Positions 1-9,496 of a stretch of DNA of 64,000 nt are shown piece by piece. Source of the DNA: a virus. The translations under genes and the position numbers were made by a program. The notes beneath the pieces were generated by a model. It searched no databases. It was given only the letters and a program-made list of their open reading frames with translations, and was not told where the DNA came from. The first letter of the stretch is position 1; each line of letters starts with the position of its first letter. The stretch lies in the IMG/VR virus record IMGVR_UViG_3300015360_000042, positions 2,426 through 66,425 of that record; one strand, written 5' to 3'.

Positions 1-1071
1 AAATTTACTCTCGGTGGTCAGAGAGTTAAGGTGATGTTTGACGATGCCATGCACGGCATGATGCATTCAAACAAGCAACTAAGAGATTACTATAAAAAAA
101 TCCCAAGATTCTTAAGAGTCGGCAAATCAGAAATTTATCCATTTATTGGAAAATTCAAAGAACTAGAATTATTAGAGAAGATGATTCCTGCCATGAAAAT
201 TAATAAACTTTCTCAAGGTAATTTAGTCGCCCTTCCAGTGCCTGATAATTTCGATCTAGAGCAAGGTTTAAATGCCGCTAGACGAGTCGAGGGCATGGTC
301 AATAAGAAAGTAATGGTTGATCCAACTCAAGGCGAAATTACCGTTGAAGCGATCTTGTCCACGGCCGGAAAAACTAGGGTGATACCAGTTTTTGGCGACA
401 AGGGAAGATTAGATAAAATGGATTACAAGTCCGATGACGCAGACGATTTATTTACTAATACAAAAGAGATTCGTGAAAACATTTTGGATTCAGTAGGCGT
501 ACCGTCAGAATTAATCTATAAGTCGGACAATCTTTCCAAAACAGATATCTTGAAAAGGTATGCTAAATATCTCAGAAAATTAAAAAAACTAAGAAAGGCC
601 TTAGCGGAAGGTTTAAAAACTATTGCAGAAATTCATTTACAAAATAAAGGCATCTCGTATGTCGCAAAAGACATTGAAGTTACTTTTGTAAACACACTAG
701 TAGAGATTGACAACCTTGATAAACTTGAGCACGCCGACATCACATTTTCAATGCTCACCAATGCCAAAAATTTTATGGCCGACTTGGTTGCAGAGGATTC
801 ACCATATAAAGATTTAATTGATTTAAATAAGTTCGTTATTTACTTAGAATCAAATCTCAAAACAGTAGGCCTTCAAGATGTTTTAAAAACAAAAGAAGAG
901 GGCGGAAAATCAATTAATAAACTTGATCAGATAGGCGAGACTCCAGGTACTGATCTACCGGATGCGCCTTCTACTAAAGAAGTTCCTAAAGCAAATAAGC
1001 AACAAGAAAAATATCCAAACATACCATTCAAGGTGAACATGCCTGAAAAGAAATTAAGGAGAAGAGTGTGA
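1..1071 (+). CDS. Portal protein (T4 gp20-like), 5'-truncated by window edge
   Basis: Frame is open from base 1. The segment 'IRENILDSVGVPSELI...DILKRYAKYLRKLKKLRKALAEGLK' resembles the C-terminal half of gp20-type portals. It lies upstream of the core/protease/capsid genes. Confidence 0.7.
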   Translation, partial: KFTLGGQRVKVMFDDAMHGMMHSNKQLRDYYKKIPRFLRVGKSEIYPFIGKFKELELLEKMIPAMKINKLSQGNLVALPVPDNFDLEQGLNAARRVEGMVNKKVMVDPTQGEITVEAILSTAGKTRVIPVFGDKGRLDKMDYKSDDADDLFTNTKEIRENILDSVGVPSELIYKSDNLSKTDILKRYAKYLRKLKKLRKALAEGLKTIAEIHLQNKGISYVAKDIEVTFVNTLVEIDNLDKLEHADITFSMLTNAKNFMADLVAEDSPYKDLIDLNKFVIYLESNLKTVGLQDVLKTKEEGGKSINKLDQIGETPGTDLPDAPSTKEVPKANKQQEKYPNIPFKVNMPEKKLRRRV

Positions 1072-1613
1072 GCAAATTAAGAAGCGTGCTTGATAAACAC
1101 AACGCTGGTACTGAAAAAGTTGAAACCTTTGCGAGAGATACCCCACGTATTAACCAATTGAAAAAATATTTGGATACCATCGAGGATGGCATGGGACTTA
1201 TGCGTAACGGATTCATTGGCATATCAAACGCCTACGATAAAGCTGATGTTGAAGGCAAATTTAATTTAAACGCAATTCCAAATATCGTAATTTCTGAATT
1301 AGTAGATGACTTTCGTGATTGCGTATCAGACACGTTAGTTGATATTGAGCGAAATATTTACGAATCATTAAGCGAGGGTCAACATTACTCAACTAAATTA
1401 AGACAAGTTGAGGGTTCGGCCGGAACAAGAAAAGCAAGAATGGCAATCAAAGAAGCTAAGAAAATGGTTGAGAATTTTTTAGATACCGACCACGCCTCAC
1501 CAAGTCCAGTAGGCGAATCAGATACCAAAGCACTATCAATAGCAAAAGGTAATTTAGAAGAGGCAATTAAACAACTTCACGAAGCTAAAGTTGCAAAAAA
1601 AAGCAGGGGATAA
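1068..1613 (+). CDS. Hypothetical head-region protein (possible prohead/internal protein)
   Basis: GTG start overlaps the portal stop (GTGA), with RBS AAGGAG upstream. Charged, helical-looking sequence. Confidence 0.55.
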   Translation: MSKLRSVLDKHNAGTEKVETFARDTPRINQLKKYLDTIEDGMGLMRNGFIGISNAYDKADVEGKFNLNAIPNIVISELVDDFRDCVSDTLVDIERNIYESLSEGQHYSTKLRQVEGSAGTRKARMAIKEAKKMVENFLDTDHASPSPVGESDTKALSIAKGNLEEAIKQLHEAKVAKKSRG

Positions 1614-1615
1614 TA

Positions 1616-2233
1616 ATGAAGTTAGCAGAAGAACTTTTAGAAGATTTGGATGAATTATCTTTTAGTGCTTCAGTAGCAGATTATATTAAGGCAATGTTGT
1701 TACAATGGGACGGTTTATCAGAAGTGGTAAAGCTTACTGGTGTCAGCTATTGCAATGCTGATAAATCCTTGGCCATGGAGTTTGAAGATGACGAGGGCGA
1801 GACAATATTAATAGTGTTTCTGGAGATTGATAGCATACCATCTGTAGTTATTGTTGGCGAAGAAGACGAGGACGACGAGGTTATAGACTTGACCGACATC
1901 GGCCTAAAATCTTTTGATTTTGAGAATGAGCAAATTGATAATTGGTTAACACTTCCTCTACTATTAGACATTTTAGATGGTGATGAAGATTACGAAGACG
2001 ATGAGTTTGAAGAGGCATTTATTAATGTTATTCGCGGTGGAAAAAGAATTAAGAAAAAATTGAAACGAAAGAAACGTAAAATAATGACGAGTAAGAAAAG
2101 AGCAGGAATTAGAAAGGCCACTAGATCAAGAAAAAGAGGACTTAAGAAGGCGCTTAGAAAAAGAAAAAGGTCTTTAAAAATTAGAGGTCGAATGAAGCTT
2201 AAAAGAAAATCAAACCCAAAAATGAGAGTATAG
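1616..2233 (+). CDS. Prohead core protein (T4 gp68-like)
   Basis: Very acidic N-terminal three-quarters followed by an extremely K/R-rich tail (KKALRKRKRSLKIRGRMKL) like the gp68 C-terminus. Located between portal and protease. Confidence 0.6.
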   Translation: MKLAEELLEDLDELSFSASVADYIKAMLLQWDGLSEVVKLTGVSYCNADKSLAMEFEDDEGETILIVFLEIDSIPSVVIVGEEDEDDEVIDLTDIGLKSFDFENEQIDNWLTLPLLLDILDGDEDYEDDEFEEAFINVIRGGKRIKKKLKRKKRKIMTSKKRAGIRKATRSRKRGLKKALRKRKRSLKIRGRMKLKRKSNPKMRV

Positions 2234-2235
2234 TT

Positions 2236-2466
2236 ATGTCGTCCACTGCCTCATCAATTAAAAAACTATGTGCGAAATTAGGTACGCAAGCCGGAAGAGA
2301 GCTTGCTAAAAATATAAACAATGAAACTCGCACCTTGCTTGTAGGTGCAATATCCATGCTATCAATGGCGAGTGGTATGTCCGATACAGAACCTCAGAGT
2401 GCGAGACTTCTTTATAGTCAGGCAAGACGCTTGATAGGGACTAAGGTGCCAGATGCCAAACGATAA
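2236..2466 (+). CDS. Hypothetical protein
   Basis: 76-aa ORF tightly packed in the operon. Confidence 0.55.
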   Translation: MSSTASSIKKLCAKLGTQAGRELAKNINNETRTLLVGAISMLSMASGMSDTEPQSARLLYSQARRLIGTKVPDAKR

Positions 2467-2899
2467 CGATTTAGTTAAGGTTTATTTTCAACAATTAAAT
2501 GAGCGAATCAACCGATTCGAAATTTTAATTAGTAAACTGTTTGATAACCAAACGGAAATGATGACTAAGTTAGAGAGAAACGTTGTATCGTTTGAAGATA
2601 GTAAGCAAAAAAATATCGCGTTTGAATCAATCCTGGAAAAGATGGGACACCACATTTCTGATATAACAAGTAAATTAGTTTCAATGGAAAGAGATTTTAG
2701 CGGATTTCAGCGCGACGTACACGAGTTAGAAGAAGATATGACAATTGTAAAAAAACATGTTGATAAAGTTGATAGAACAATTTTTTTCTTTTCATCCTTG
2801 CCGTCGTTGGTTAAGGTTATCGTTCTATGTCTCACACTGATTACATCTGGCTATGGTTGTTATGTAATAATCAAACCTAAAGAAGAAGTGACGAGATGA
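2453..2899 (+). CDS. Coiled-coil protein with C-terminal transmembrane helix (holin/XhlA-like architecture)
   Basis: Heptad-rich body followed by hydrophobic 'LVKVIVLCLTLITSGYGCYVII'. RBS TAAGGT upstream. Confidence 0.5.
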   Translation: MPNDNDLVKVYFQQLNERINRFEILISKLFDNQTEMMTKLERNVVSFEDSKQKNIAFESILEKMGHHISDITSKLVSMERDFSGFQRDVHELEEDMTIVKKHVDKVDRTIFFFSSLPSLVKVIVLCLTLITSGYGCYVIIKPKEEVTR

Positions 2900-3708
2900 C
2901 ATCTTTTGAAGGATTATTTAAAATGACAAACAAAGGAGATTTGGGTTTGTCGGTGTCTCATAAAGTGAAAATCGATCTACTGCACGGGGATTGTATTGAG
3001 CTTATGAAATCTATACCTAGTAAAAGTATAGACATGATACTGACAGACCCTCCGTAGCTTTATGGCACAACAGCTTGTAAATGGGATTCAGTTATTCCCT
3101 TTGAACCAATGTGGATTGAATTAAAAAGAATCATTAAAGATAATGGTGCAATCTGTTTATTTGGTTCTGAACCTTTTAGTTCTGCTTTGAGAATGAGTAA
3201 TTTAAAAATGTTTAAGTATGATTGGGTATGGGAAAAAGAAAAGGGTACTGGATTCGCAAGGGCAAAAAAACAACCATTAAGGAAGCACGAAATAATTTCA
3301 GTCTTTTATCAGCACCAACCATTTTACAACAGTATTGGCAATATTCTGGATAAACCCTACTCGCATACATTGCCGATAAATAAAAGTGACTCTGATAATA
3401 TTAGTGGTAGTGGATATGATGAAAATAATAAAAGAATTTACATCACATATACACACGCATCAAAGCACACAATTATAAAAATAAGTAGAGATACAACAAG
3501 AAACTCAGTTCACCCTACTCAAAAACCCGTTCCATTATTAGAATATTTAATCAAAACCTACACATTAGAAAATGAAACAGTTTTGGATTTTACTATGGGT
3601 TCCGGTTCTACTGGTGTTGCTTGTAAGAATCTTAACCGTAGTTTTATTGGTATTGAAAAAGACGATGCTTATTTTGAAATAGCTAAAAATAGAATAAATA
3701 ATGATTAA
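2896..3708 (+). pseudogene. DNA amino-methyltransferase (beta-class N6A/N4C), copy 1, interrupted by an in-frame TAG inside the catalytic motif
   Basis: The frame from ATG 2896 (or GTG 2965) reads ...IDLLHGDCIELMKSIPSKSIDMILTDPP*LYGTTACKWDSVIPFEPMW..., with TAG at 3055-3057. It continues in frame into the 3109..3708 ORF, which has HPTQKP and DFTMGSGSTG (motif I). Confidence 0.85.
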
Positions 3709-4459
3709 TCTATTACATGGTGACTGTTTAGAATTAATGAAATCTATTCCTGATAAATCAATCAACTTAGCAGTCACCTCTCCACCTTATGACAATTTGA
3801 GAAATTATAATGGAACACTTGATTGGAATTTTGATATTTTTAAAGCAATTGCATTAGAGATAGCGAGAGTGCTTGAAGTGGGCGGTGTTATTGTTTGGAT
3901 TGTAAATGATTCAACAATCAAGGGAAGTGAAACAGGTTCTAGTTTTAAACAAGCACTTTATTTCAAAGAAGAGTGTGGGCTTAATTTGCATGACACAATG
4001 ATTTGGGAAAAGACGGGCCGAATACCTACACAGGACAGGTATTACGCGGTTACTGAGTATATGTTTATTTTCTCAAAGGGTAAGCCAAGGGCTATGAATT
4101 TCATTTGTGACCATAAAACGGTCAACGGTGGAAGGATTCAAAAAAAAGATGCTTGTATAAACAAAGGAAAGCAAAAAGAAGGGCAAGGTACTTTTATTAG
4201 AGCACATTTTTCGAGAAGATCAAATATTTGGAAAATTCATGTAGGAGAAAACTCAACAGGGCATCCAGCGGTGTTTCCTTTAAAGCTTGCTCAAGACCAT
4301 ATTATATCATGGTCAAATGAAGGAGATACTGTTTTAGACCCATTCATGGGAAGTGGTACAACTGGCCTCGCTTGTAAAAACCTTAACCGTAATTTTATCG
4401 GAATTGAAAAAGATGACAAATACTTTGAAATAGCTAAAAATAGAATAAATAATGATTAA
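3701..4459 (+). CDS. DNA methyltransferase, beta class, probably N4-cytosine (SPPY), copy 2
   Basis: TSPPY motif IV, HPAVFP, and DPFMGSGTTG motif I. Confidence 0.92.
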   Translation: MINLLHGDCLELMKSIPDKSINLAVTSPPYDNLRNYNGTLDWNFDIFKAIALEIARVLEVGGVIVWIVNDSTIKGSETGSSFKQALYFKEECGLNLHDTMIWEKTGRIPTQDRYYAVTEYMFIFSKGKPRAMNFICDHKTVNGGRIQKKDACINKGKQKEGQGTFIRAHFSRRSNIWKIHVGENSTGHPAVFPLKLAQDHIISWSNEGDTVLDPFMGSGTTGLACKNLNRNFIGIEKDDKYFEIAKNRINND

Positions 4460-5168
4460 TTTACTACACGGTGATTGTTTAGAACTTATGAAAAAAATTC
4501 CAGATAAATCTATAGACATGATCTTAACTGATCCTCCTTATCAAACTACACAATGTAAGTGGGATATAATTATTCCCTTTGAACCAATGTGGATTGAATT
4601 AAAAAGAATCATTAAAGATAATGGTGCAATTTGTTTATTTGGTAGTGAACCGTTTAGTTCTGCTTTAAGAATGAGTAATTTGAAAATGTATAAATACGAC
4701 TGGATATGGGACAAGGTTAAGCCTAATGGGCATTTGAACGCTAAGAAGCAACCCTTGGTTCTTAGTGAGCAGATAATGGTTTTTGGTAATGGCAGGGTAA
4801 ACTATTTACCTATTATGGAAAAAAGGGATAAAGTCAAAACTTCTAAGGTTTATTCTGTTTCCGCTGTTTACACACACACACAAAAGATAGACATTAACAC
4901 AAGAATTTACTCACATAGATACCCTAAAAACCATATAAAGATCAGCAATGCCTCACAGAAAAACAGAACACATCCCACACAAAAACCAATTCCGTTATTA
5001 GAATATTTAATCAAAACATATACATTAGAAAATGAAACAGTTTTAGATTTTACTATGGGTTCCGGTTCCACTGGTGTTGCTTGTAAGAACTTAAATAGAT
5101 CATTCATTGGTATTGAAAAAGATGACAAATACTTTGAAATAGCTAAAAATAGAATAAATAATGATTAA
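4452..5168 (+). CDS. DNA amino-methyltransferase, beta class (DPPY), copy 3
   Basis: TDPPY, HPTQKP and DFTMGSGSTG. Confidence 0.93.
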   Translation: MINLLHGDCLELMKKIPDKSIDMILTDPPYQTTQCKWDIIIPFEPMWIELKRIIKDNGAICLFGSEPFSSALRMSNLKMYKYDWIWDKVKPNGHLNAKKQPLVLSEQIMVFGNGRVNYLPIMEKRDKVKTSKVYSVSAVYTHTQKIDINTRIYSHRYPKNHIKISNASQKNRTHPTQKPIPLLEYLIKTYTLENETVLDFTMGSGSTGVACKNLNRSFIGIEKDDKYFEIAKNRINND

Positions 5169-5922
5169 TCTATTACATGGTGACTGTTTAGAATTAATGA
5201 AATCTATTCCAGATAAATCAATTGATATGATCTTAACCGATCCACCCTATGGAACTACTTCATGTAAATGGGATTCAGTTATTCCATTCGATCCAATGTG
5301 GATTGAATTAAAAAGAATCATTAAAGATAATGGTGCAATTTGTTTATTTGGTTCTGAACCTTTTAGTTCACATCTTAGATTGAGTAATTTGAAAATGTTT
5401 AAATATGATTGGATTTGGAACAAAAATAGTTGTTCGGGATTTTTGAACGCAAAAGTAAAGCCAATGAATACCACAGAAATAATATCCATTTTCTCCAACG
5501 GGAAAACATCAAGTGGCAATAAAAATAATATGGTATATTATCCCCAAGGATTAAAGAAATACGAGAAGATAACAAAAAACGGAAACAAGATCGGAAAAGA
5601 AATGACAGGTGCGAGAAAGAACTCCACGCCTTCAACAACCATAGGGTATTTGCAAGAATTTACCAATTACCCTAGAAATTATTTAGAATACGGTTATCAA
5701 AAAAAAGCTGTTCATCCAACTCAAAAACCAGTTTCATTATTAGAATATTTAATCAAAACCTACACATTAGAAAATGAAACAGTATTAGATTTTACAATGG
5801 GAAGTGGTTCTACTGGTGTTGCTTGTATTAATTTAAATAGATCATTCATTGGTATAGAAAAAGATGACAAATACTTTGAAATAGCTAAAAATAGGATTAA
5901 CGAAGTCAAGGATGGAAAATGA
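5161..5922 (+). CDS. DNA amino-methyltransferase, beta class (DPPY), copy 4
   Basis: TDPPY, HPTQKP and DFTMGSGSTG. Confidence 0.93.
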   Translation: MINLLHGDCLELMKSIPDKSIDMILTDPPYGTTSCKWDSVIPFDPMWIELKRIIKDNGAICLFGSEPFSSHLRLSNLKMFKYDWIWNKNSCSGFLNAKVKPMNTTEIISIFSNGKTSSGNKNNMVYYPQGLKKYEKITKNGNKIGKEMTGARKNSTPSTTIGYLQEFTNYPRNYLEYGYQKKAVHPTQKPVSLLEYLIKTYTLENETVLDFTMGSGSTGVACINLNRSFIGIEKDDKYFEIAKNRINEVKDGK

Positions 5923-6626
5923 AATTTCTAAACGATTTAGATGCCAAAACTTTTCTATTAGAGATTGGCGCTTACGATAAGGTAACAAATGCTAATAAAG
6001 GCTACGAGCCAACCGACGAAGAAATGGCCACGTTCGTAAAATCGCGATCAAAATTATCGTCTGGACTAAAAGACTACAGAAAGGCATCAAAACAAAAAGC
6101 AAATTGGAGAAACAATAGAACAAAAATGATGAAAGGAATTAAGGCCTTCCATCGCTCTGTTGATGGTAAACGATTTCATAGAAATCTTGGGCGATTTTTG
6201 GCATCAAGGATTTCAAGATCAAAAAATGAATCATTAACTTTTTTTGAAAAAGGCGATCAGCTAAAGGCGCTTTGTTCGGCAAAACAACATTTGTTTTTAG
6301 AACTTGATTACTTCCATCAAATTGAAGAACAAATAGAATTGGAAGAAATATTTTTAGATCATTCGATCCCGTTGTTTCAGTCAATTGAAAATAAGTTATT
6401 AAATGAGGGCGATCTAGATACTGACGAATTATCTTTTTTATTAGATTTTACTGACAGAAACAACCTTTTCGCGGCACTTTCGGAGAAACTAGCTAGACCA
6501 TTTGAAGAAATTTCGAGTATGTGGCAAAATATGGAAAGCGAGTTAGAGTCAGAAAATATTGCAAAAGACGATGATAAGTTCTATCCTACTCTAATCGATA
6601 GACTTAACGTAGCATTAGGATTTTAA
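5919..6626 (+). CDS. Hypothetical head-region protein
   Basis: ATGA-coupled to MTase 4 and abuts the protease gene. Basic N-half, acidic C-half. Confidence 0.6.
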   Translation: MKFLNDLDAKTFLLEIGAYDKVTNANKGYEPTDEEMATFVKSRSKLSSGLKDYRKASKQKANWRNNRTKMMKGIKAFHRSVDGKRFHRNLGRFLASRISRSKNESLTFFEKGDQLKALCSAKQHLFLELDYFHQIEEQIELEEIFLDHSIPLFQSIENKLLNEGDLDTDELSFLLDFTDRNNLFAALSEKLARPFEEISSMWQNMESELESENIAKDDDKFYPTLIDRLNVALGF

Positions 6627-7991
6627 ATGGCAAAAATTTTAGATGTAATTAATCCATCAATTAAATTTGAATTGTTTGAAGATAATTCTAATGAGGTTGA
6701 CGGAGTAAATATTCTCGGCAAGGTAGTTGGTCAATTTTTTTGTCCAGATGGCACATCAAGAAATGGGCGCTTTTATCCAAAGGCGTTGTGGGAAACAGTG
6801 ATCGATTCAGAAGTTGTGAAAACAGCACTATCTCGAAGATTAATGTTTGGTACAATTGGGCACGATGCAGAGTTAGGTGACAAGGGATTAAGAGAGGGAG
6901 CCGCATCTCACACCATGACAAAAATTTGGATTGAAGATAACAAAGGCATGGGCGAGGCACTGATTTTAAATACACCAGCGGGAAGATATTTAAATACTTA
7001 TCTGAGAGCAAAATGTCAGCTTTACGTTAGCTCTAGGGCCAACGGTGGATACAAAGGTAAAGTAAACGGTGTTCCATCGGTCGATCCAGAAGGTTATGAA
7101 TTAGTTGGATGGGATTTTGTTATTGACCCAGGATTTTTACAAGCAAACCCTTCACTAGCTGAAGGATATAATAAATTGAAAGAAGAATTAAACATAGATT
7201 TTACATTAGGAGATAGTATGGACAAGACTTTGGTAGAACACATTATGAAAGAAAACACTGAACTTAAGTCAAAAGTAACTTCATTATCGAGCGAAGTGGT
7301 TGCGCTTAGGGCCAGTAATGATTCTCTTTTTGAAGAATCAAAAGATTTAAAATCTGGTCAGGAAGATTTAGATAAATATAAAGAAGTAGGAACAGTAAAA
7401 GAAATTGAGGAACTTGTTGATGTTGCTGATAAAATGGGCAAAGAAAACGACGAACTTAAAAAAGAACAAGAAGCTTTTCTAACTTTAGGCGAGTCTTTTA
7501 ATTCAATTAAAAGAGCATTAGAAGTTTCACTAGCTGTAAAAAATACGATTAAAGAAAAATTCACATCTTTAGCAAAAATTGAAGAATTTTTAGACTTATC
7601 AGAAAAGTTTGAAAAAGAAGTTTCAAGCATCGGTTCTTTAAAAGAATTAAAGCAAATTAAACAAGCTCTAGGTTTCTTACTAGCAGAAGCTGAAGAAGTT
7701 GATTTGGCAAAAGATGTTGCATCACTTTGTGCTGAAACAGGACTATCAGAAGACGAAGTAAAAGAACTATTGAAAAAACATACTGCTGAAGAAATTAAAA
7801 ACATTTATCAAAAAGTGGCCGAGCGTTTTAATAAAAAGAAAATTGCTGAATCTGTAACACCTGTTACAAAAGCAGATGATAAGTTTAAGAAGAAAAAATT
7901 CAATGAAGATGCATCTCAAAAAATTGTTCAAGATGCACCTATGAAAACACGTATTGAAAGAATGAACGAAAGATTGGCACGAACATTTTAA
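6627..7991 (+). CDS. Prohead protease (T4 gp21-like) fused to coiled-coil scaffold
   Basis: SRNGRFYP, GTIGH, ASH, LNTPAG, VSSRANG and WDFVIDPGF are gp21/U9-type protease motifs. Long E/K-rich coiled-coil C-terminal half. Directly upstream of the capsid gene. Confidence 0.88.
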   Translation: MAKILDVINPSIKFELFEDNSNEVDGVNILGKVVGQFFCPDGTSRNGRFYPKALWETVIDSEVVKTALSRRLMFGTIGHDAELGDKGLREGAASHTMTKIWIEDNKGMGEALILNTPAGRYLNTYLRAKCQLYVSSRANGGYKGKVNGVPSVDPEGYELVGWDFVIDPGFLQANPSLAEGYNKLKEELNIDFTLGDSMDKTLVEHIMKENTELKSKVTSLSSEVVALRASNDSLFEESKDLKSGQEDLDKYKEVGTVKEIEELVDVADKMGKENDELKKEQEAFLTLGESFNSIKRALEVSLAVKNTIKEKFTSLAKIEEFLDLSEKFEKEVSSIGSLKELKQIKQALGFLLAEAEEVDLAKDVASLCAETGLSEDEVKELLKKHTAEEIKNIYQKVAERFNKKKIAESVTPVTKADDKFKKKKFNEDASQKIVQDAPMKTRIERMNERLARTF

Positions 7992-8070
7992 TTATCTAAA
8001 TCTGACCTACACTTTAGGCTGATGACAATTATTAAAGTAAATTTACATAAACTATAATTTTGGAGAAACT

Positions 8071-9486
8071 ATGAAAGAAGCAATTTTCGAGGCCATTGAT
8101 GGCCAAATGGTAGAGAGCTACTTTAAGATGTACCGTCCTCACATGGAAGTGCTAGAGAAATCTTTGCTAAACCGTGCTGTTGGGGTTACGGATCATCATC
8201 TTATTCAATTAGGTAAACAATTAGACGCGTACAGAAATTACGAAAAACTGCTTGAAAACAGCGGTTCATTAAACACTTTAGGTGAATTACCAAAAGTTGC
8301 TTTAGACGTTATTACTGCTACTTTTGCAAACTCAATTCTTGGTGTAATCGCTACTACTCAAACTATTGATCAACAAAAACAAATTGTTTACTTCAAAAAT
8401 TTGAGATCAGATTCTACTAAAGGAAATTTAACTGCAGGACAAACTATCGTTGATCCAAGATCACCTATGGTGACACCTTCTGCGTTCGCTTCTAATGAAG
8501 TTGCCTCAGAAGTGCTTGTTGCAACTGCCGCCGCTACATTAGTCTACAACGGTACTTGTGCTATTCTTCCAGTACGCTCGCAATTCATTTACATCTCTGT
8601 TCAAGACGATGTCACTGTTTACTGCGAAGACGTTGGACCACGCGGATCTGATAAAAACATTGGTTCTCTATTGGGTGCTGGATTAAGCGGTACAATCAAC
8701 TACACAACTGGTGCTGTTGCTCTACGTTTTGCTGTTCAACCTGCTCAACCGAAATCAGTTTTTATTAAGTATCAACAAAATTTGGAACTTGCTTCTGATC
8801 TTCCAAAAATGAATTCTTTTTTAGATCACGTTACTATCGAAGCCAAAGCATACGCTTTAAAATCAGTAATGGGTATTTTCCAATCGTTTGCTCTTAAGAA
8901 ACAATTAGGTGACTCTGCTGTAGACGATATGGCAATGGACTTAGTAAGAGAAATCAACGCAGAGATCGGTGGCGATTTTATTCGTCAATACGACGCTCAA
9001 GCTGTTGGTAACACCAACTTTTCTTTAACTGCGCCAGTAAACGTTGCTGAGAAATTACACCGCGAATCATACGCATTTCGTATGGCCGATGCAGAAGCTG
9101 TAATGATCGGTAATGCTGGTCGTGGAGCGATTAAAGTTATGATCGTTGGTACCGAACATGCCGCTCTAGTTCGCGGTTTAGATGGCTTTCAATTACTATC
9201 AGATGGTAATTCTCTTGGCGCTCATATTTTTGGTACTTACAAAAGTATCACTTATATTCGCGTGCCAGAGGCTTCTTTACTTGCGGCAAAAGCAGGTATC
9301 GCTCTTTACACTGGTGCGTCTCCTTTGGAGTCAGCTGGTGTTTACTCTCCGTTCATGCCTTTGACCATGGTTCAAGCTCCAGCAAATTCGTTAAATCCAT
9401 TAATGGATCAACGTGTTGCCGCTACTATGGCAGGAACAAAAGTTGTTGTTCCAGCTTATGCGACTAAATTAACTATTACGGCTTAA
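8071..9486 (+). CDS. Major capsid protein (T4 gp23-like)
   Basis: 471 aa with 'TIEAKAYALK', 'LVREINAEI' and 'AGVYSPFMPL' (gp23-like). Strong RBS GGAG, high-expression codon style, followed by a terminator. Confidence 0.9.
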   Translation: MKEAIFEAIDGQMVESYFKMYRPHMEVLEKSLLNRAVGVTDHHLIQLGKQLDAYRNYEKLLENSGSLNTLGELPKVALDVITATFANSILGVIATTQTIDQQKQIVYFKNLRSDSTKGNLTAGQTIVDPRSPMVTPSAFASNEVASEVLVATAAATLVYNGTCAILPVRSQFIYISVQDDVTVYCEDVGPRGSDKNIGSLLGAGLSGTINYTTGAVALRFAVQPAQPKSVFIKYQQNLELASDLPKMNSFLDHVTIEAKAYALKSVMGIFQSFALKKQLGDSAVDDMAMDLVREINAEIGGDFIRQYDAQAVGNTNFSLTAPVNVAEKLHRESYAFRMADAEAVMIGNAGRGAIKVMIVGTEHAALVRGLDGFQLLSDGNSLGAHIFGTYKSITYIRVPEASLLAAKAGIALYTGASPLESAGVYSPFMPLTMVQAPANSLNPLMDQRVAATMAGTKVVVPAYATKLTITA

Positions 9487-9496
9487 TACGCTGTAC

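Larger units (their letters stand above)
3673..5210 (+). repeat. Direct repeats spanning the MTase gene junctions
   Basis: 78 nt (tttgaaatagctaaaaatagaataaataatgattaatc...aaatctattcc) are identical at 3673-3750 and 5133-5210, with a diverged third copy at about 4424-4500. A further 61-nt identity lies at 3092-3152 and 4570-4630, and a 47-nt identity at 3535-3581 and 5737-5783. Confidence 0.92.

Noticed and set aside
3055-3057. TAG reassignment (alternative genetic code) as the explanation for the in-frame stop
   Set aside because: Many genes end cleanly in TAG right before the next gene (e.g. 2233, 19546, 20307, 24399), long genes have no internal TAG, and readthrough would not restore DPPY.
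3673-5210. MTase junction repeats, and the 43073 and 53625 repeats, as CRISPR arrays
   Set aside because: They are coding, in frame, and have the wrong unit and spacer sizes. No cas genes are present.
2896-5922. Complete restriction-modification system
   Set aside because: No endonuclease-like ORF is adjacent; the flanking genes are head-region genes.
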